Shown in pieces: positions 26,540 to 39,169 of a DNA stretch of 64,000 nt (position 1 is its first letter; each line of letters begins with the position of its first letter). The position numbers and the translations under genes were made by a program. The notes below the pieces were generated by a model. That model saw only the letters and a program-made list of their open reading frames with translations. It did not search any database and was not told the origin of the DNA. The DNA comes from Octopus vulgaris (taxonomy: Eukaryota): contig OX597819.1 in the NCBI GenBank assembly GCA_951406725.2, positions 50,778,001-50,842,000 on the forward strand, given 5' to 3'.

Positions 26540-27246
26540 CGAGAGGAGAGAGAGAGAGAGAGAGGGGGAGAAAGAGGGAGGGAGAGAGATGGTGGGAGAG
26601 TGAGAGAGAGGCTGATGAAGGAGGCTATTGATTCATCTTCTGCATCTTTAATCTCAATTTGAACAAATTATAATTCTCCATGCTTCTTCTTTGGAAAGAC
26701 TTCATCCCAGAACTCATCTCTCACTCTAGTCACACTGGGGAGCACTGACATTGCGATGAGATTTAACTATGTCTTAATCGGCTGAGTTTAGTTAATAAAA
26801 CCGTAATTTAACTGTAACGGATATAACAAAGCAGGCTCATACAGTAAAATTATGTATTTATAAATATGTGTTCGTAGTGTGTGTGTATATATATATATGT
26901 ATTTATGAATGCGTGTGTACGTGCGCACGTGTCTGTATGCTGCATATATATTGTATGTATATATGTGTTGTATGTGTACGTATGATTTTCTATACATGTA
27001 TGTATATATCTATATATAAATTATATAAACATAGACTCATACACACATATGTATGTAAGATGGAGTGCTGAAAAGCCCCTACCTTTGGTCAAAAGAAAAT
27101 ACAGGAGAATCACACACACACACACACACACACACATCACAGACACACACACGCACGCACACGCACACATATAAATACATATACGTGCGTGTCTACGTGT
27201 ATGTGTGTGTGCGAGAGTGTGTGTATACATATATGTATCTATATAT

Positions 27247-27279
<33 letters not shown>

Positions 27280-27280
<1 letters not shown>

Positions 27281-27710
27281 ATAAAAAATAATAAATGCGC
27301 CCTTTTAAAGCCTAGCTAGGCTCATGGGCGCGGTTTCCCGGTTTCTATGGCGTATGTGTTCCCCAGCTGGACGGGACGTATACACGCACATACATATAGA
27401 TATATATACATGTATACGACGGGCTTCTTTCAGTTTTCGTCTACCAAATCCACTAACAAGGCATTGGTTGGCCCGAGGCTATAGTAGAAGACACTTGCCC
27501 AAGATGCCACGCAGTGGGAATGAACCTGGAACCATGTGGCTGGTAAGCAAGCTACTTTTTTGTCACTCGTTTTTGCCAGCTGAGTGGACTGGAGCAACGT
27601 GATTTGAAGTGTTTTGCTCAAGAACACAACGCGTCGCCCGGTCCACGAATCGAAATCACAATCTTACGATCATGATGCTGACACCCTAACCACTAAGCCA
27701 CGCGCCTCCA
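27280..27710 (-). mobile_element. Composite of SINE pieces (family D tail, family B head, family E head)
   Basis: 27280-27378 matches the 3' end of 62226-62540; 27379-27555 matches 26310-26485; 27560-27710 matches 19470-19570. Confidence 0.75.
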
Positions 27711-28794
27711 CACACACACGCACGCACGCACACACACACACACACACACACACATATGCAGTATTATATAATGTCCTTCGTACATTCGACTGTCATGCCA
27801 TTTGTAATCATGCATGTATTGATACAATCAACGCTATTGTGATGACTCAGGCAGTAGAACGTCTGCATGAACGGAAATTTTGTGCAACAATTTATATCAA
27901 TATCCTAATGCTTAAAATTCACATCTCACTGGAGACGCCATTTTCTTTTACTCTTCTTGGCTAAGTAATTTTCGGTTGAGTTTGGTTCTCAAAGAACATG
28001 GTGTCGATTTTTTATGGATTATTAGTGTAAGTGTTTTTCTCTATTAAAAACGGATGGATTATTAATATTTTTTGTTGTCCGTATTGTGTGTGTATGTGTG
28101 TATGTGTGTGTCGTTGTGTCTGTGTGTGTGTTTATGTATGTGTGAGTGTGTAATTCTGATGATGTAAGGCATAACATCATCACCATTAGTGTTACCCTGC
28201 AGTTAGAATTTATTGATATATCGAACAATGGCGCAGTTTCGTAACAACAATCACATCAGATGAACTATGAATTTTTTTGTTCTTGCCTTTGGGAAGAAAA
28301 ATATAACGATAGATAATAGCTGAGAACTCTTCAAAACGATGTAAAATCGTTATCTTATAATAATAATAAGATAGCAATTTCAAAGAAGTAACGCTGTATT
28401 CAGTCAACTGTAGAAGAAGAAAAAAAAAGTAATTGAAAGTACGCCATTTTTTTTTTTTTAGATTGATTCAATAATTGAGGTAGAATGATTATATTTTCTT
28501 TAATCTTTCTTTAAACAAAAAAAGGAACTAAAAAGTTGTCTTATGAAAAGAGTTTATGAAAGGCTAACATTATTTTTTTTTCTTGAAAAATAAACAAACG
28601 AACAAACAATGTTTTAATAACCCAAAGTTTTCGCTGCTGTCTATCTTATTCTTTATCACCATAGTTTAAATTTTATTTTATCAGACTTCGATAAACATTG
28701 CGAATCGATGAATGCCTATCAGAAAGCCAACATATCAGTTAAAAATTTTCGTCCCTAAAATTATAGGCGTAGACCTGTTGGAAGTCTTTCTTAC

Positions 28795-28843
<49 letters not shown>

Positions 28844-28844
28844 T

Positions 28845-28909
<65 letters not shown>

Positions 28910-30084
28910 ATAATAATAATAAAAATAAAGAATACGAATCAAGTATAACGAAAGCAAGAAAGAGGAAAGAGAGAAATACATATAATATATTGGAAAACAA
29001 ATACGACGCGAATTCGATGGAAAATGGAGCCAGACGAAAAGCAGTTAAGGATTTCTTTTTCATTAATCATTTTGTTGATTTTCTTTTTAATGCTATATTT
29101 TATCATTGTTTTGCGAAATTTCGACTCGGATGCGCAACACTGCTAGACATTTGATTGTCCTGTTTAGCCAGGTCAAGTGTATTATCACTATAAACGAAAA
29201 GAAAAAAAAAAAAGAACAAAACACAAAAATGACAAACAAAGAATAAAAAAAACAACAAAATACTGTTGTTGGACGAAGCAATTTAAGACTACTGAGGCCG
29301 CTATTAACTCTTGTCATTGAAGCGTTTCACCAATTCCCAGTGATCCAGGAATTTCTCGAAGAAGGATATGAGCGAACATATCGATAAAAAAGAAAGAAAA
29401 ACAAACAGAAAAGAAAGGAAAAAGAAATACAAAGATAGTCATATTTATTTCTTAGTTTATGGCAAGAATTGGTTTATAAATATTTTCATTCCAAATTTAG
29501 TTTCTTTTTAAGAGAATCGTTAGAGCGTCCGACTAATTGCCTTTCTTTACTTTTTCCGGCTTTTGACGTTCTGAGTTCAAACCTGACTCGGTGCAGTATT
29601 AGGGGTCTGTGAAGATATTGGTATTGTAGCTATTTCTGTATGAACATATATTTTTCAATAATTTTCTTGGTTGAGTGGGAGAGATTGCTGTAGCAGTTCT
29701 ATAGGTTGCATATGCGTAACTCGGCAGTTTGAGTGTTTTAAATGTAATTGGTGGGGCCCTGAGGGTTGAACTTTGCAACAACAACTAAATGAACCCCTAG
29801 CATGTTCAGATGGTCTTTCGAGTTCACTATTTTTATTCCAATGTCAAGGTTTTTGTGAAGTTATTGTTCTTCCTCTGTTATCTATATTATTTGCATACTA
29901 GAATGAATTAGTGTAGTAGTACTGGGGGGCGATGGTAATGTGTGTATGTATAACTGAATGCATGATTTTATATATGCTGTGAGTCTATTTATAAATACGG
30001 ATTTGCGGTATATGTTGCTGCTGCTGTTAAGATATTTCCTAAATTATTACGACTTAAAATCTTGTAGTAAAATGTTCTATCTGT

Positions 30085-30480
30085 TTAGCAGAATACTTAG
30101 ATCGCTGGGCAGCAAAATGCTTAGCGGCATTTCGTCCGTCTTTACGTTCTGATTTCAGTTTCCACCGGGTTCGACTTTGCCCTTCATCCTTGTTGGCTCA
30201 ATGAAATAAATACCATTTGAGCACCTTGAAATTGCTGGCTTTGTTCTTCTAAAGGCGACGATCTAGCAGAATCGTTAGCTCGCTGAGCAGCAAAAATCCT
30301 TAGCGGCATTTCGTCGGTCTTTGCATTCTGTGTTTAAATTCCACCGAGGTTCATTTTGCCCTTCATCCTTATAAGGTCTATAAGGTCTATAAAATAAATA
30401 TCAGTTGAGCAGTTGGGTTGATGTAATCAAGTTACTCTCCCCCAGAAATTGCTGGCCTTCTACCAAAATTTGAAACCGAC
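30085..30480 (+). mobile_element. Two diverged family C SINEs in tandem
   Basis: TTAGCGGCATTTCGTC...TTTGCCCTTCATCCTT occurs twice. Confidence 0.75.
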
Positions 30481-30522
30481 ATATTGTATCTTCCTTAAAT
30501 TGCTTTAAGCCGTTACTTTTAC

Positions 30523-31648
30523 ATTGTAGTATTTTAAAATTATTTGCAACGCGATTAAAAGGTTTACTTTTATATGTGAAGTACTAGATCTAACCGTAAC
30601 ATTGAAAAAGAGGATAAAAGCATTACTCCTTATTTTAATACATAATGTTGCTGCTGTTGATAATATTTCTGTAATGTCTTATATTTACCGAAACTTCTCA
30701 TAAGAAAAGTAAATGGCGTTGTTTCGTTTTATTTGTGAGAATATTTTGAAAGTTTTAATGTTTCTTTCACACAGTCATCGCTTCCGTTTCGTTCGTCCGT
30801 ATTTATTTCCAAGCTTTTCTACAAGCTAATATTTCGTCGGTCCACCAGTATTCAAGTCGTGACAATTTCGTCTTCATTTTTAGTGTGTTATATTTAGAAT
30901 TGTTTTATCCAGTAATATATTTATTTATAGGGGAAAATTTAAAGAATATTTTGGAGTGCTAATGATAGCAGATCGAGCGAAAGCACCCAGATTTCTTACT
31001 TCCGTTTTATCTATAAGACACAAAAATTGATGTCGATCCATGTGGATTTGGATTTAGCAAGAAATATAACTGAATACCTACAAACCATTTATCCAGGTGA
31101 CTTACCGATAATAATTTCCATAATCGTTAATAGAAGTATCAAAACAACAATAAAGCATATAGGCAAAAGAAACCAACCCACTTGTGTGTTTTCCTTGTCT
31201 CGTTAATATTTTTGTTCGCTGTCACAGTTCCGTTTGAATCATTTCAAATACCTAGGCTAGTACAGTTTCTTATTTGGTCATTGCTATAGTATGCATCTGA
31301 AGTTCGTCATGAGTTTCTAAACTAGAATGATACTGGTATTTCTAAAAGTTATTGTTTATGATAACGGTGGTGTCATTATATTACAGATATGGAATTTATC
31401 GAAAGCCTAAAAAGGTTCGATTCACAATCACGTGGTTTCAAGGTTCCATCTCACACCGTGACATCTTGAACAAGTTTCCTCTACGCCCAGCATACATACC
31501 TAGATAGATACTCCCCCCCCCCACACACATACATACATATATATAACATCAACAAGGATGCAAAATATCAGATCTATATTTGCGGATTGGATCATAAGAT
31601 CCAACGATCGTTTCTATTCTGTGTGTGTGTATGTGTGTGTGTGTATAC

Positions 31649-31701
<53 letters not shown>

Positions 31702-31705
31702 CCTC

Positions 31706-31775
<70 letters not shown>

Positions 31776-32016
31776 CATTTATGGTCGCTGACGGTATGTA
31801 TGTATACAATTATATATGCATTGGGAGCAGCAATAGAGCCCTTTAGCTCTTATTTCTATTGTAGTATTTTAAAATTATTTACAACGCGAATAAAAGGTTA
31901 ACTTTTATATGTGAAGTACTAGATCTAACCGTAACATTGAAAAAGAGGATAAAAATATTACTCTTATTTTATACATGATGTTGCTGTTGATATTTCTGTA
32001 ATGTCGTATATTGACC
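30523..32016. repeat. ~165 bp direct repeat pair (30523-30689 and 31858-32016)
   Basis: Shared ACTTTTATATGTGAAGTACTAGATCTAACCGTAACATTGAAAAAGAGGATAAAA with small indels elsewhere. Confidence 0.9.
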
Positions 32017-32042
32017 CAATGGCACGCAGGTGTCGATGAATG

Positions 32043-32284
32043 GTTGAAAGAGAGAAGATTTGAGTCAACAGAGGACATTAAACAAGATTCGACGGCGCAG
32101 CTCTACGGCATCTCAAAAAGTGATTTCCCAGAATGTTTCCAGCAGTGGCAGGAACGTTGGCAGAAGTGTGTAGACTCCCAAGGCGAATACTTTGAGGGAA
32201 TCTAAATCAAAATAGGGAATTTTAAATATTACTTTTTTTTTGTTTTTTGGCCAAAGTTCGGATACTTTTTGACTACACCACGTA
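32043..32284 (+). mobile_element. 3' fragment of a mariner with right TIR
   Basis: LKERRFESTEDIK...CFQQWQERWQKCVDSQGEYFEG (mariner C-terminus), ending CGGATACTTTTTGACTACACCACG-TA. Confidence 0.85.
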
Positions 32285-32322
32285 CATATACACATACATA
32301 CATACATACATACATACATACA

Positions 32323-32355
<33 letters not shown>

Positions 32356-32430
32356 GCATACATATATGCATACATACATACATACATACATACATACATA
32401 CATACATACATACATACATACATACATACA

Positions 32431-32459
<29 letters not shown>

Positions 32460-32461
<2 letters not shown>

Positions 32462-32965
32462 GTGCACAGTTGTGGAAATTAGCTGCCCAGCGGATGCTAA
32501 CATAAAGCTGAAGATCAGTGAAAAAGAGAACACCTATGCGGAACTATTAAGAAATCTGCAGTTATTCCATCCAGATTAAAAGTTAATGTTTATACCTGTA
32601 ATTATTGGGGCCCTGGGATATGTAACGCACTGCATAAATACCAATCTTGAGCAATCAGGCTTTTCAAAACCAGAAAGGAGAAAGCTAATTCGAAGACTGC
32701 AGATCCAATCCATCACTGGAACTGTAAAAATTCGTAAAACCTTCCAGAAGTTTATCATTTAAATATGTTTTAGCATGTCTAGATATCCAACTATATTCAT
32801 GAAAATACATACATAGAACATACAAATCTGCACATAAAACATACACACATACATACATACATACATACCCAGTTTTTGATGTTGAAATTCCAATGGAGCC
32901 TTGGATGTAGGTTAGAAACCGGTTCTTTCTCCATTGGCATGAAATCTTGAAAAGAATTTAATAAT

Positions 32966-32968
<3 letters not shown>
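32460..32968 (+). mobile_element. 5'-truncated non-LTR retrotransposon with restriction-like endonuclease (R4/Dong-like)
   Basis: CTVVEISCPADANIKLKISEKENTYAELLRNL...IPVIIGALG with one stop; 3' UTR ends TAATAATAA. Confidence 0.8.
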
Positions 32969-33029
<61 letters not shown>

Positions 33030-33483
33030 CATACATACATAAACAGAAATATGTGCGGGGTTGTGGGATAAGCATATTTGTATGTATGTTTATGTTTATA
33101 GAAGTTTAAAACTGGTTTTGCTGTATACATGTTGTGTTTTGTTACGGTACGTAAGCTGGCCGTTCACTAAATAACATCTGATAAAATTAACACAAACTAA
33201 GATATATATTTCTAATGGATGTGTTCAACAAAAATCTTGAATTCGATGCTCCAATACAGTCCCTGTTCAATTGCTAACCAGTCGAAGAAGAATTATAAGT
33301 ATGATACAAAACATTTAGCAGTCATCCACACTTTTGGATGTACATATTAGTCATTGTGTGAAACATTAGCAACGGCAGTCTGATGATAAAATAATAAGTC
33401 GTGTATTCACCTTAACGACAGTTGTAGTTTCGCTTATAAATACTGAGTGAAATTCGAGTGTCTGGAGGTGGTCAATAACTCAC

Positions 33484-33563
33484 TTCTTGTACATGGTTGA
33501 CTTAAAACTTTATGCATGGAATGATAATCAAGCGGCGCCTTGAATAGGAATAGTCTAAGAATT
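33484..33563 (-). CDS. Candidate internal exon (80 nt) of an unknown minus-strand gene
   Basis: TATTTTTACAG acceptor, GAA|GTGAGT donor; the only open frame (EILRLFLFKAPLDYHSMHKVLSQPCTR) continues the phase-2 end of the 35205 exon. Confidence 0.5.
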
Positions 33564-34349
33564 CTGTAAAAATACTTATATTAATAACATATGACTTGAG
33601 AAATTTGCCAATAACACTGACAAAAAAAAACAAAACAAAACAAGCATCATAAATATATTCAATGTCTGGAAATCTAAGAATACTTAAAATAAAAATTATC
33701 TTAAGCTGGTAATGTATAATATATAGTAACGTTTAAAAAGAAGAAAAAAACCCCAGAAATAACACAAAGTAATAAAATAATTAGGAGGAACTGAATATGT
33801 AGAACAAATCAATAAAAATAAAGACACTAGCTGTGCCACTAAATAAGAATACTGGCGATCAATTGGAAATTAAGTGAAGTGAAGAACATAAATAGGAAAA
33901 GAAAAGTAAGAAAATTATGACAGGATCCAGACAACTGCATCCAAAGTCTGATGTCAACAGAATATAAGAATATATTTGCAGTGAAGTCTTGAAGAAATAA
34001 TACGACGTAAATAGAAAGCTATAATGATTACAAGAAGACATTAAGTAAAAATATCGCAAATAAAATAGAAAACGCAGGGAAATATTTCATAAATTAGGAA
34101 AAGAGTAAAAAGGAATATGACAAATTTATGTCAATTGGAATATATGATTGTTGACTTGTGTAAGTAGATGTATGAAGTAGCTAGTACAGAAACATTAGTA
34201 AATTAGACAATATAAAAATACTACCTAAAAACATTCATTGAAAGTAATTAGGTCACGTGGTTTTAGTTTAAGCCAGATTAGAAGACAAAAAAAATAATCC
34301 CAGAAAATTTTTTAAACAAGAAAACAAAAGGTAAATGTTTCTATATATA

Positions 34350-34785
34350 TTCCTTTATTGTTTAATTGTCTTAGTTATAAGGCCTCGGCCATGCTGGAGC
34401 TCTGTCTTGAAGAAATTTGTCGAATGAATCGAACTCGGTATTTATTTTGTTAAAGTCTATTTATTCTATCGATGTCTTCTGCCGAACCGCTAAATTACGA
34501 GGAGATAAACACACCAACACCAGTTGTAAAGCGGTGGGGGAGGACAAACACAGACACAAAGACACATACACACAGACATACACACATACATACACACAGA
34601 CACACACATCTATATATATATACACGATACACTTCTTTCAGTTTCTGTCTAACAAATCCAATGACAAAGTCTTGGTCGCTCTATGGCTGTAGCAGAAGAC
34701 ACTTGACCAAGGTACCACGCAGTGGAACTAAACCAGGAACCATGTGGTTGGGAAGCAAGCTTCTTACAACACAGCCACGCCTGTA
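34350..34785 (-). mobile_element. Diverged family B SINE
   Basis: Family blocks recognisable with many substitutions. Confidence 0.8.
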
Positions 34786-35204
34786 CGTATAACTGTTTTT
34801 GAATGTCTCAAATATCTTGCAATTAAATAACAAAATAAGTTAGGAGTCCAACAAAGAATTACTACACGTCTTGCATAATCATAAAAATAAATTTTGTTCT
34901 TATTTATTCACAAAAAAGCTCTAGCTTAGCCATGTGCTTGAAAAGTCCACTTCACAATCACGTGATCCCAAGTTTTATATCTCAATGCATGGTATTAGTA
35001 TTAGACTAGTATTTCTATTGAAGCTTCTAGGTAGAAAAATGTCTTCTGAGTAGAATTTGATAGCGGCTAAGGGATATCACATAAGACCCGGTAAACTCGA
35101 TCTCAGCCAGTAAATGATCTTGGATCTTAGCATCGTAAATTTACTTACTTGATATCCAATATAGCGACGTAAGGAGAAAACAAATAAGAAATAAGGAAAC
35201 TTAC

Positions 35205-35359
35205 TCGAAGCATGGTTTGTTGTTGCGTTTCCCGAATTCTTTGCAAAGAAGTCGTGCTCTTAATTCATCAATGAACTCCTTCACGTATACGGCAAAAGGA
35301 TTTTTCTCACTGTAAATGTTTCCCTGAATCTGTATCACTAACGTTTCTTCTTTTGCCAT
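35205..35359 (-). CDS. Candidate coding exon (from ATG; may begin further upstream) of an unknown gene
   Basis: Non-repetitive frame MAKEETLVIQIQGNIYSEKNPFAVYVKEFIDELRARLLCKEFGKRNNKPCF ending at GA|GTAAGT; frame stays open upstream to 35515. Confidence 0.5.
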
Positions 35360-35641
35360 GTGGTTAATCTCGTGAATTTCATTTCTCTCTCTCTCCCCTC
35401 CATCGACACATTCTTCGTCAGATTCATGTCGCTCTTTCAAACAATAGCAAGAAGTTACATGAATAGATGGAAAGAGAAATTCTCCTTGATACTTTTCATA
35501 GCCCAGCTCAATGCATTATCACACACGTTGTCTACCAGGAGAATTTCTCATCCAAGACAATTACTGCTCTGATGAGCGTAGACAAACGCGTGTTTAAATA
35601 TGAATGTTACACAGCTTTTACATATACATACATATTTGATA

Positions 35642-35684
<43 letters not shown>

Positions 35685-35699
35685 CATATGTATATATAC

Positions 35700-35796
<97 letters not shown>

Positions 35797-35873
35797 TATA
35801 AATATATATAAAAACGGAGATGTACTTGCATAGCAAGTGATTTGATCTGAGATCGTGTGCTGAAACGAAAACA

Positions 35874-36089
35874 ATTGCAGCGTGGAAGGTGTTTGTAAGC
35901 CATTTAAGAAACACTCAAAAGTCGTTCGATTCACTTCAACATTTAAGTTTAATTTGGCAAAATATTTTCGTCGCTTTAAGACCGCGACCTATTCACTGAC
36001 AAAAATCCGTGCTGCATCTGATGTTGAAGTGAATTGAACGGCTTTTGTGTGATTCTTAAATGGCTTACAGACACCTTCCACGCTGCAAT
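35874..36089. repeat. 69 bp inverted repeat with 78 bp spacer inside a (TA)n-flanked element
   Basis: 35874-35942 vs 36021-36089, about 5 mismatches. Confidence 0.9.
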
Positions 36090-36152
<63 letters not shown>

Positions 36153-37157
36153 TATCAGAAATACAGGAGTATACTAAATAGAGAGGTCCCTGTGGGAGAC
36201 CTATCTTAAAGCAATCAAGGTACAAGATTAATCTGTCTACCAAGGGTAAAGGTCCTTTCCCAGTTGTGTTCAGCTTACAGGCGCATAATAGTGACATTCA
36301 CACTGCTTATACTCACAGCTCTCTGACACTTGGCACATTTACTGAGGGACATACCTTCCCTCTCCGACCTCTGAGACAAAGCGATTGACTATCATATATC
36401 AAACATGGCCGTCTTACATTGTTAGGATATGTAGACAGTTAGCTAAGAAATACAGGTGAAAAAGAATATCTTAGCTTATCGGTAGTCATATCATTAGTCG
36501 TATGCTATTATTCACATTCACATATACGACAATCTGATTACTGTGTAGTTTTAAGTTTGCTTATGTTAATGTATATAATGTTCATAGAGATAATGATAAC
36601 ATATAATGTTATCACTACATCTCATAATTTGCCATATTCCATCTTACTCTTCCTTGCTCCTCCCTCAATACTTCTTTGCCAAGATTCTGTATATCCCTCT
36701 CCCTTCTCAAATATTTCTCTTTCTTTCTCTCTCTCCCCCTCTCTCTCTCTCTCTCTCTTCCCCCCCTATTCTCTCTCTTCTCTCTCTCTCTCTCTTCTCT
36801 CTCTTCTCTCTCTCCCCCCTCTCTCTCTCTTCTAGTGAAATTGTTCTGCCATAGTATTAACACGAGCATGATTTTTGTAGAGTGCAGATGGTCCGGGGAT
36901 CAAACCATGGGTGAATTTTAAAGTCGATAACATCATTTGGGCAATACTGCTGGAATATTTTCCATATCATGCAAATGATACATTATTTATATTATTTACA
37001 TTATTTACATTTGACGGATACTTGTCAAGATGAGGGCAAATATCCGTCAAATGTAAATAATGTACATAATTCCTCATCTCTTAAATACAGAACTGTATCA
37101 TGCAAATGATATAGCATCACAGCGGCGCTGGAGAGAATAAAGACAGATTCTGAAGAC

Positions 37158-37506
37158 CAGGGGTTCTCGACTATTTTTTTTATCTATGCACTCCTTTGAG
37201 TACTATTTTATTCTGGTGGATCCCCACAGCCATTCGATGCTTAAAAAATACTTTTATAGAAACCGTTTTCAAATTATTATTTTGTTTCTCACACATAAAC
37301 TTGTGTAGGTTGAACTATGTAAAATGTTAGAGAAAGAAACTTAGCTGTCTCTTGCAATATATACCACTGGATACGTCTAAAACAAAATGTTTTCAGGGGC
37401 CCTTAAAATATAATTGTGGATCTCCGATTTACTATTTCGTTACGTGGTCACCAAAAATCTTATATGGATCCTCAAGGGCCACATGGATCTCGGTTTAGAA
37501 TGCCAG
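37158..37506. mobile_element. Probable decayed hAT-type MITE
   Basis: Left end CAGGGGTTCTCGAC resembles hAT/Charlie TIRs; right end GGTTTAGAATGCCAG is only a degenerate match. Confidence 0.4.
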
Positions 37507-37839
37507 CAACCAATACCTAACATGTCGTCCATTTCGGTTGTGATCGGTCCCTGGGGTGCTTCAATTATTATAATATTTTGTTTCTGTAAGGCGACCACAG
37601 CGGGCAAAGAACAACGGAAGAAGTATCTCTTGAGCAAAAAGACCTGCGGGCTATGTTGACTTTTTTGTTTATGTGTCGGGTACTCCAGCCTAAATTGTTG
37701 TCGACATTTATTCCGAGGTCCCTAGTGGTGTCTGATGCCACATGGTTTTCGTCCGAGGGAAGAGTGTATAGTAGCTTAAACGCTCATCTTTACCGAAGTA
37801 GATTAATACAAATTTGTTCTCGTCTAGCTGCATATTGTG

Positions 37840-37897
37840 TACCTTGTTGTGCCACTATTTCCTATATATATATTGAAAATAGTGGCACAACAAGGTA
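37840..37897. repeat. Perfect 21 bp inverted repeat around a TA-rich loop
   Basis: TACCTTGTTGTGCCACTATTT / AAATAGTGGCACAACAAGGTA. Confidence 0.9.
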
Positions 37898-38084
37898 AAA
37901 ATTTTTACCATCACATATCTTTCTCTTTATAGATTCAGTGAAGTTTTATCTAGCGTCAAACGATTTTCGATTGGTGTTTCCAGCAAAAATTGATACATTG
38001 TGCCACAATTTCCTATTTATAATTCTACCGTTACGGTGCTTTATTTCACTGGAAAATAATATTATTGTATTGTAATAATATTTA

Positions 38085-38119
<35 letters not shown>

Positions 38120-38174
<55 letters not shown>

Positions 38175-38812
38175 CCGTTCTGTCTGTTTGTGTGTGTGTG
38201 TCTTCTAGGATCTCGAGCATTCTCCATCCGATTGCGCTCAAATTTGATATGTATCAGGGCGTGTATGAGTCTTGAAAAAATTAAAAAATCGATTCCAGGT
38301 GAGAATGATATCGATAAAGCCGTGGGAACGTGCATTTGTACGCCCAAGTACTTAGTTCATCAAAAGTCGCTCCATGTTTTATCGGATAAACTTATTAGTG
38401 TCCCAAGTGCGTTCTCATAAATTCATTATGCTTTTCCATCTAGATTTACCATCTGCATGCATCGTTTTTGTCTTGCTTTTCTTCCATCAACCTGTACATA
38501 ACTGCACCTTCCATTTTTTGTTGCTTTTGTGCGAGTTAAAGGAACGTTTCTTGCCTGCCAAGCTTACTGTTTAAACCATATTTGTGTTCTCCCAGCCAAC
38601 AGCCTCATCATTACTAGTACTTTAAACATTTCGCTTGCATATTTGTGTAAATAAAATCATTTTTCTTCGGAATAGAAAAAAGTCTATCTTTATTTCTTCT
38701 TTTGCTGTCTCAAATTTAGGTTAAATATGGGACGGTCGGACAAGTTGTTTTGAGAAAATTTGGTTTAAATGTTTGACAACTCAGCACCGTCCATTGGACG
38801 GGGGGCGTTTTG

Positions 38813-38815
<3 letters not shown>
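38120..38815 (+). mobile_element. Non-autonomous Helitron-like element
   Basis: TC-(TA)n start, TCTGTCTGTTTGTG, CATCCGATTGCGCTCAAATTTG, subterminal hairpin CCGTCC-ATT-GGACGG; terminal CTAG degenerate. Confidence 0.6.
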
Positions 38816-38881
<66 letters not shown>

Positions 38882-38883
<2 letters not shown>

Positions 38884-39060
38884 TCTTTTAATTTTCTCTC
38901 CTTTATTTTCTCTCTTTATTTTCTCCCCTTGTTTCTTTCTGTGGAATAGCGTAGGCTCAAAACGTTAAAGACTTTTTCACTTCCTGAACGTTATACTAAT
39001 ACATTTGTTTGTTGTCTACACCACCTGTCTTCGTCTTTTGTTTTTTTGTGAATTCTCCCT
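38882..39060 (+). mobile_element. Solo Penelope-like terminal repeat with decayed hammerhead motif
   Basis: Reverse complement of 24148-24320; motif at 38934-38972 with GAAA changed to AAAA. Confidence 0.8.
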
Positions 39061-39169
39061 ATGTATGTATGTATGTATGTATGTATGTATGTATGTATGT
39101 ATGTATGTATGTATGTATGTATGTATGTATGTATGTATGTATGCATGTATGTATATATATATATATATA

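Noticed and set aside
35569-35595. CTGATGA-GCGT...ACGC hammerhead half
   Set aside because: No GAAA or stem III follows.
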